This document shows, piece by piece, positions 57,882-64,000 of a DNA stretch of 64,000 nt. The translations under genes were made by a program, and so were the position numbers. The stretch's first letter is position 1; the number at the start of each line of letters is the position of its first letter. The notes beneath the pieces are model-generated. The model searched no databases. It worked only from the letters and a program-made list of their open reading frames with translations, and was not told the DNA's origin. The stretch spans positions 18,821 through 82,820 of the forward strand of contig CAIJZI010000005.1 in the NCBI GenBank assembly GCA_903825105.1, in the 5' to 3' direction. The stretch is from an uncultured bacterium. Its GTDB lineage: Bacteria > Patescibacteriota > Minisyncoccia > Phycocordibacterales > Phycocordibacteraceae.

Positions 57882-60800
57882 ATGCCCGAGAAATCAGAAG
57901 TAGCAAAAAGAGAAGAAAAAATCCTAGAATTCTGGGAGCGCGAGCATATCTTCGAAAAGTCGATCGAGAAGAAATCACCCAAAGGAGAATTCGTTTTTTA
58001 TGAGGGGCCGCCAACGGCAAATGGGAAACCGGGTATTCATCACCTTGAAAGTCGCGCGTTTAAAGATGCGATTCCGCGATATAAAACAATGCGTGGCTAC
58101 CGTGTTGACCGCCGTGCGGGTTGGGACACACATGGACTACCAGTCGAATTGCAAGTTGAAAAAGAGCTCGGCTTTAATGGAAAACCCGACATAGAAAAGT
58201 ACGGCATCGCAGCATTTAATAAGAAATGTCGCGAAAGCGTTTTTGTTTATATCGATCAATGGGAAAAATTTACGAAACGCATGGGGTATTGGGTCGATGA
58301 GGATAAAGCATATTTCACTTTCGATAATTCATATATGGAAGTGCTCTGGCACCTCTTCGCGAAGACTTCAAAAGATGGCCGACTGTATAAAGATTATAAA
58401 GTAGTGCCATGGTGTCCACGCTGTGGAACAGCGCTTTCTTCACACGAACTCGCGCAGGGCTACGAAGATGTTAAAGATCTTACTATCACGGCCAAATTTG
58501 AATTAATTGATGAACCAGGGACATATCTCCTCGCATGGACGACAACGCCGTGGACTCTGCCGGGTAATATCGCGCTCGCGGTTGGCGAGAATATTGAGTA
58601 TGTAGAGATTCTTGTAGAAAATGAAAAATACATTCTCGCTAAAAATCGTCTCCCAATTATCACCACCCCATACACTATTCAGAAAGAGTTAAAAGGGAAA
58701 GATCTTGTTGGTAAAAAATATAAGCCACTCTACGATGTTGCAAAAAGTGTTGCGGCAGAAAGTGAAAAAGCAAAATTTGATAAAGCGTTTCAGGTTTATG
58801 CTGCAGACTTTGTAACGACTGAAGAGGGGACAGGGATCGTTCACACTGCAGTGATGTATGGGCAAGAAGATTTTGAATTGGGAAATAAAATTGGGTTACC
58901 TAAAGTACATTTGGTAAATCCAGAAGGAAAATTTATTGAAGGGGTGGGCGTTCTCGCCGGCTGCTCGGTTGTCGAAGAACAAACATCAGTTGAAATACTA
59001 AAAGATCTGTCCGAGCGAAATATCCTTTTCAAAAAAGAACCCTACACACACAGTTACCCATTTTGTTGGAGGTGTAAAACACGGCTTATCTATTATGCTC
59101 GTGATTCGTGGTATATACGTATGTTTGACCTGCGCGAAAAGCTTGTTGCAGAAAATAAAAAGATACACTGGGAGCCAGAGTATATTCGCGATGGTCGCAT
59201 GGGCGAGTGGCTCACCAACGCAAAAGATTGGGCTATTAGCCGCGAACGCTATTGGGGGACACCATTGCCGATTTGGCGCAGTGCGGATGGAAGTGAGCAA
59301 GTCGTCATCGATTCTGTCGATGATCTTAAGAAATACACCAAAAAATCGGGGAATAAATATTTCGGGATGCGCCACAGCGGGACTGAATATAATGCGAAGT
59401 ATATCGCGAGCGCGACAGCGACGGCCCCAGACCATGTCACCGAAGCAGGGAAGGATGGTATTCGCGCAGCAGCCGAAAAGCTCAAAGACAAAAAAATAAC
59501 AAAAATAATCTGCTCACCTTTTGTGAGAACAAAAGAAACGGCAGAAATCGTGGCGAAAGAAATCGGTTACCCGATTGATCAGATTGTTGTTGATGAGAGA
59601 ATTCGCGAATACAACTTCGGTGATTTTGATCAGAAATCACGCACTCTTTATGATGTGTGGCGAAAAGAGAATCCAGATTTATCTGTGGCGCCTCCACACG
59701 GAGAGTCATACGCTGATGCAAGACGGCGCGCAGCTGAATTTATGTATGACACGGAGCAAAAGTATCAGAATGAAAATATTCTCTTTGTCTCGCACGGCAT
59801 TGTATTTGAAGCACTCCCGTCCGTTCTCCGTGGTGATGATGCGAAAACAACCAATGAAAAATGGGGCGCAGATTTTTTACATTGGGCAGATGTGAAAGAA
59901 TATAATTTTGTTCCACTTCCGCACAATGATGACTATGAGCTCGATTTGCACCGGCCATATATCGACGAGGTCATTTTAATTTCAGAAAAGGGAACTGAAC
60001 TGCGAAGAGTGAAGGAGGTGATGGATGTGTGGTTTGACTCTGGTGCGATGCCCTTCGCACAATCAGCAAAAGAACGCGGAGATGAACCACTCGAGTCTTT
60101 CTTAAAAAAAGTTGAATACCCAGCTGACTTTATATCAGAAGCAATTGATCAAACGCGTGGCTGGTTCTACACCCTCCTTGCAGTCGGAACGCTCTTTGGG
60201 CGTGACGCCGCTTTTAAAAATGTTATTTCACTCGGACACCTTCTTGATGCAGAGGGCCAGAAAATGAGTAAATCAAAAGGAAATGTTGTCGATCCGTGGG
60301 CCGAGATGGATAAGTGGGGTGTTGATACTCTGCGCTTTTGGATGTACAGCGTCACTCAAGCTGGCGATTCTAAAAATTATGATCAAAAAACAGTCAAAGA
60401 AGCGGCGAGAGTGCTCACTTGGATAGAAAATAGTGTAAAGTTTTATGAATTATTTAAAACCGAAACAGCAAATGCTTCTGTCTCTACAAATGTGTTAGAT
60501 AAATGGATCGATGCGCGTACAGAAGAGACTGTTTCGATTGTTGAAAGTGCTATGGATGAATATCGTTTATTTGAAGCGACACGCGCGATTGCAGATCTCA
60601 CAGGTGATCTCTCTCAGTGGTATGTTAGACGCGTTCGTGACCGTGTGCGAGATGGAGACGCGACAGCAATCGAGACTCTTCGAAGAACCTTAAGAACTTT
60701 AGCTCTCATTTTGGCTCCGTTCGCTCCGTTTATCGCCGAAGAGGTGTTCCAAGAGGTGCGTGAAGAGGGCGATCCAGAGAGTGTGCACCTCGCTGGTTGG

Positions 60801-61259
60801 CCCTCCTCCGCCAAGGCTTCGAAGGGCACAGCCTGGTTTCCCAATATTTTCTCGAAAGAAACCAATGACAATTTAATTGCCGAAATGCAAAAAGTGCGTG
60901 CGCTCGCTTCAGAAGCATTACAGCTACGCCAAAAGTCAGGAATGAAAGTGCGTCAACCACTCGCTTCGCTCACGGTCCCTACGCAGCTCTCTGAAGAGTT
61001 GGCGGCAATTCTCGCTGATGAAGTAAATGTAAAAAAAATAATCGCAGGCACTGAATTGGCGTTAGACACTGCTCTTACCCCAGAACTTATTAAAGAAGGC
61101 GACGAGCGCGAGCTGTCGCGTGCGGTCGCTGAGGCGAGAAAGACAGAAGGGCTCTCCCCGCGTGATAAAGCGCATGCAGAAATGAGTGAGGAAGGGAAGT
61201 ATGAAGTGACACTATCTACCGGTGTCGCTCACTTCAATCTGGTCAGAGATGCGGCATAA
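57882..61259 (+). CDS. ileS: Isoleucine--tRNA ligase with inserted histidine-phosphatase domain
   Basis: [52 protein letters not shown] and KMSKS; RHS..SHG insert. Confidence 0.95.
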   Translation: MPEKSEVAKREEKILEFWEREHIFEKSIEKKSPKGEFVFYEGPPTANGKPGIHHLESRAFKDAIPRYKTMRGYRVDRRAGWDTHGLPVELQVEKELGFNGKPDIEKYGIAAFNKKCRESVFVYIDQWEKFTKRMGYWVDEDKAYFTFDNSYMEVLWHLFAKTSKDGRLYKDYKVVPWCPRCGTALSSHELAQGYEDVKDLTITAKFELIDEPGTYLLAWTTTPWTLPGNIALAVGENIEYVEILVENEKYILAKNRLPIITTPYTIQKELKGKDLVGKKYKPLYDVAKSVAAESEKAKFDKAFQVYAADFVTTEEGTGIVHTAVMYGQEDFELGNKIGLPKVHLVNPEGKFIEGVGVLAGCSVVEEQTSVEILKDLSERNILFKKEPYTHSYPFCWRCKTRLIYYARDSWYIRMFDLREKLVAENKKIHWEPEYIRDGRMGEWLTNAKDWAISRERYWGTPLPIWRSADGSEQVVIDSVDDLKKYTKKSGNKYFGMRHSGTEYNAKYIASATATAPDHVTEAGKDGIRAAAEKLKDKKITKIICSPFVRTKETAEIVAKEIGYPIDQIVVDERIREYNFGDFDQKSRTLYDVWRKENPDLSVAPPHGESYADARRRAAEFMYDTEQKYQNENILFVSHGIVFEALPSVLRGDDAKTTNEKWGADFLHWADVKEYNFVPLPHNDDYELDLHRPYIDEVILISEKGTELRRVKEVMDVWFDSGAMPFAQSAKERGDEPLESFLKKVEYPADFISEAIDQTRGWFYTLLAVGTLFGRDAAFKNVISLGHLLDAEGQKMSKSKGNVVDPWAEMDKWGVDTLRFWMYSVTQAGDSKNYDQKTVKEAARVLTWIENSVKFYELFKTETANASVSTNVLDKWIDARTEETVSIVESAMDEYRLFEATRAIADLTGDLSQWYVRRVRDRVRDGDATAIETLRRTLRTLALILAPFAPFIAEEVFQEVREEGDPESVHLAGWPSSAKASKGTAWFPNIFSKETNDNLIAEMQKVRALASEALQLRQKSGMKVRQPLASLTVPTQLSEELAAILADEVNVKKIIAGTELALDTALTPELIKEGDERELSRAVAEARKTEGLSPRDKAHAEMSEEGKYEVTLSTGVAHFNLVRDAA

Positions 61260-61788
61260 ATATGACACTTGTGGCATCGTCTTGGCTCGCACTGCAGTTG
61301 GCGAAGCGAATGACTCAATAGCGATTTTGACACAGGAGGTCGGCCTCGTGCGCGCTCGCGCTCAGGGGGTGCGAAAGTCTGGTGCGAAGCTCGCCCACGC
61401 ACTTACCACCTTCACAGAAAGCGAGGTCGTCTTGGTACAAGGGAAAGAATATTGGCGCATCGCGGGCGCCGTTTTAAAAGAAAATTGGTTTTTGCGTATG
61501 TCTCGCGCTGAGACGCGCACGCGCGCAGCGCGCGTAGCGAACTTACTTTTGCGCCTCGTCGCAGGCGAGACGCGCGACTCGGCGCTCTTTGAAATTATTA
61601 GAAACTTTTTTGAATCGCTCGTGACTCTCTCTGAAGAGAAGCACGAACAAGCTGAAATCCTCACCGTGCTCGGCATTCTCGCTGCACTCGGGCTCGATAC
61701 GGGAGAGATCCCAGAAGAAATAAAAGAAGGGAATTATACCAGCTACATACGCAGAATTAACCGAGGCATCGAAGCGTCAGGGCTGTAA
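61249..61788 (+). CDS. recO: DNA repair protein RecO
   Basis: [28 protein letters not shown]. Confidence 0.85.
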   Translation: MRHKYDTCGIVLARTAVGEANDSIAILTQEVGLVRARAQGVRKSGAKLAHALTTFTESEVVLVQGKEYWRIAGAVLKENWFLRMSRAETRTRAARVANLLLRLVAGETRDSALFEIIRNFFESLVTLSEEKHEQAEILTVLGILAALGLDTGEIPEEIKEGNYTSYIRRINRGIEASGL

Positions 61789-61805
61789 TCTTGTATACTA
61801 AATAA

Positions 61806-63662
61806 ATGACCACACATCCGGAAGATGATATTGGTTTTCTCGAAGAAGCGAAGAAGCGCTTGTATGATCCGAATAATAAAATAGAAGATGTGCGTAAACC
61901 ATTTCCCGAACCAATGAAACAACAACCGCCACATTCTTGGGGAGACACTGCTCCTCTCGCTCGTCCAGCCACAAAAAAGAAAATGCATTTTGCAGGAATC
62001 TTTTTTACCCTCGCATTTCTCTTTTTTGTCGCATCGGTCGGCATCGCTGGGTACTTCCTTTATTTTGGCGGGAATGCGGTCTCGGTAAATAAAATCGCCA
62101 TCGATATTCAGGGCCCCACCACCATCGCGGGAGGCGACACGGTCCCACTCTCGCTCACTATCACGAATAAGAATTCTACAACAATACAAAACGCGACGGT
62201 TGAAATCACTTTCCCTGATGGCACCAGAGACGCTGCTGATGCGACGAAATCGTATCCGCGCTACACAGAAAATCTCGGGACAATAGCGAGTGGTGCGTCA
62301 GTAACGCGCTCGATAAAAGTGGTTATGTTCGGTGGCGAGGGCGCCCCTTTAAACCTGCCCGTCTCTTTTTCTTTTGAGACCGATAATTCAAATACCGTCT
62401 TTGTTAAAAAAACATCCTTCGCGCTCGCTGTGTCATCGACGCCTCTGTCTGTTTCTGTTGACGCGCCAACACAGATCGTCTCTGACGAACCTTTTATCCT
62501 CACGCTCATCGCGCGCTCGAATGCGACGACAAAAATGGATAATGTAGTGCTCACGACCGCACTCCCATTTGGATTCTCGGTCGCCTCATCATCACTACCA
62601 CTCGTAGATTCAAGTTTTCTTATTGGAACCCTTCAACCGGGGGCGAGTAAAAAAATAATTATCGCCGGGTCGCTTAAAGGGCAAGAAAACGAACAACAGG
62701 CATTTCATTTCACTATCGGGACAGGAAAGACAGAAAATGACCAAACGCTCGCTGTCTCGTATATGACGCAGGACACGCTCGTGACTATCGGCGCACCCTT
62801 TATAAGCACAACGATTTCAATCAATGGTAATCCAGCGTCAACGATAACTTCAGGAAGTGTCCAGAGTGTATCCGTTTCTTATGCGAATACGCTCTCGACG
62901 AGTGTGGCGAATACAGAAGTTGATGTCTCGATTTCTGGCGCAGCGGTCGATTATGACAGCATTAAGACTTCAAACGGCTTCTATCGTTCTGGGGATCACA
63001 CGATTGTCTTTAGTAAGGACACTGACCCTTCGCTCGCCAGTCTCGCTCCAGGCGCTTCGGGTATCGGCACCTTCACCTTCTCTACGCTCGCTCCTGAATC
63101 TGTCCCTGCCTCTTCTTCAATAACATTCTCGATTTCTGCTTCTGGCTCGGGAGTGCAGAGTGGTTCGACACATGCGAAGACTGAAACGGTAAAGGTAGCG
63201 ACAGTAGTCACATTCTCTTCGTCAGCGCTTCACTCGTCTGGCCAATTTGGCAATAGTGGGCCGATCCCGCCACACGCCGGGAGCCCAACAACCTACACGA
63301 TTGTCTGGAATGCCCAAAATAAAGGCAGTGCGATCGCCGGCGGGGCAGTGTCTGCAGTATTGCCGAGTTATGTCTCGTATACCGGCGTCGCGAGCGGTGG
63401 CTTCTCGTTTGATAAAGGTTCACGCACCGTGACCTGGAATGTGGGAGATATATCACAAAAATCTACCGCGCAAGGTTCATTCCAAGTTTCTATCACACCA
63501 TCAACTTCGCAGAAGGGCAGCGCGCCGAAGCTTGTCGGCCAAGCATCATTCTCGGGCTATGACCGCTTCGCAGGTGTGCAGATTTCTGCATTAGCAGATC
63601 CGGTCACTACCGAAACACCACAAGACCCGGGCTACACCAGCGCAAACGGAACGGTGCAATAA
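61806..63662 (+). CDS. Membrane-anchored multi-Ig-like hypothetical protein
   Basis: TM after charged N-terminus; Ser/Thr-rich beta strands; NSGPIPP..TTYTIVW. Confidence 0.75.
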   Translation: MTTHPEDDIGFLEEAKKRLYDPNNKIEDVRKPFPEPMKQQPPHSWGDTAPLARPATKKKMHFAGIFFTLAFLFFVASVGIAGYFLYFGGNAVSVNKIAIDIQGPTTIAGGDTVPLSLTITNKNSTTIQNATVEITFPDGTRDAADATKSYPRYTENLGTIASGASVTRSIKVVMFGGEGAPLNLPVSFSFETDNSNTVFVKKTSFALAVSSTPLSVSVDAPTQIVSDEPFILTLIARSNATTKMDNVVLTTALPFGFSVASSSLPLVDSSFLIGTLQPGASKKIIIAGSLKGQENEQQAFHFTIGTGKTENDQTLAVSYMTQDTLVTIGAPFISTTISINGNPASTITSGSVQSVSVSYANTLSTSVANTEVDVSISGAAVDYDSIKTSNGFYRSGDHTIVFSKDTDPSLASLAPGASGIGTFTFSTLAPESVPASSSITFSISASGSGVQSGSTHAKTETVKVATVVTFSSSALHSSGQFGNSGPIPPHAGSPTTYTIVWNAQNKGSAIAGGAVSAVLPSYVSYTGVASGGFSFDKGSRTVTWNVGDISQKSTAQGSFQVSITPSTSQKGSAPKLVGQASFSGYDRFAGVQISALADPVTTETPQDPGYTSANGTVQ

Positions 63663-63715
63663 AAAATAGAAAAATCTCATTTGTCCTTCCTCTCTCTTGG
63701 TAGTAATCTATACCA

Positions 63716-64000
63716 ATGGAAGACAAAAATGTTATGGAGAAGATTATCTCGCTCTGTAAGCGCCGCGGGTTCATTTTTCAAGGTTCCGAGATTTATGGCG
63801 GGCTCGCCGGCATCTATGACTACGGACCACGCGGGGTAGAACTCTTGAATAACATCAAGCGCGCGTGGTGGAGCGCCAATGTCTATGAAAAAGATAATTT
63901 CTATGGTCTCGACGCCGGGATGTTTAAAAACCCTCGTGTCTGGGAGGCGAGCGGGCACACGAGCGGATTCTCTGATCCACTCGCGGAGTGTAAGAAGTGT
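63716..64000 (+). CDS. glyS: Glycine--tRNA ligase, alpha2 type (partial, runs off window)
   Basis: MEDKNVMEKIISLCKRRGFIFQGSEIYGGLAGIYDYGPRG..VWEASGH..FSDPL. Confidence 0.95.
   Translation, partial: MEDKNVMEKIISLCKRRGFIFQGSEIYGGLAGIYDYGPRGVELLNNIKRAWWSANVYEKDNFYGLDAGMFKNPRVWEASGHTSGFSDPLAECKKC

Noticed and set aside
1-64000. CRISPR array, rRNA, integrase/transposase, reverse transcriptase or prophage
   Set aside because: No regularly spaced repeats or recognisable motifs for these were seen.

Overview
This window looks like a core chromosomal segment of a Patescibacteria (CPR) bacterium, most likely Parcubacteria of the L1-lacking group. That is inferred from gene content: no rplA after rplK, a PrgI/VirB4 cluster, pilMNO, split comEC, alpha2-type GlyRS and a tRNA-Arg(GCG); it uses the standard code 11. 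It spans the replication origin (yidC-rnpA-rpmH <> dnaA-dnaN) and carries glycolysis, repair, translation, pilus/competence and cell-wall genes, 8 tRNAs and several single-gene accessory cassettes. The most striking pattern is that 4 of the 8 tRNA genes (Ser-TGA, Arg-TCT, Leu-GAG, His-GTG) have a free-standing homing-endonuclease-like gene directly upstream in the same orientation. Three are HNH and one is a double-motif LAGLIDADG. Each starts exactly 6 nt after a -10 hexamer and ends 1-4 nt before, or 10 nt inside, the mature tRNA 5' end, so the nucleases appear to sit in the pre-tRNA 5' leader. Other observations: pervasive leaderless gene starts alongside SD-led accessory cassettes; a probable DGR-type variable C-terminus in a gene broken by a nonsense codon; small in-frame palindromic insertions in core genes; a histidine-phosphatase domain inside IleRS; an unannotated 34-aa hyper-acidic ORF; and a structured RNA leader candidate. 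All calls come from reading the sequence and recognising motifs; no database search was run.
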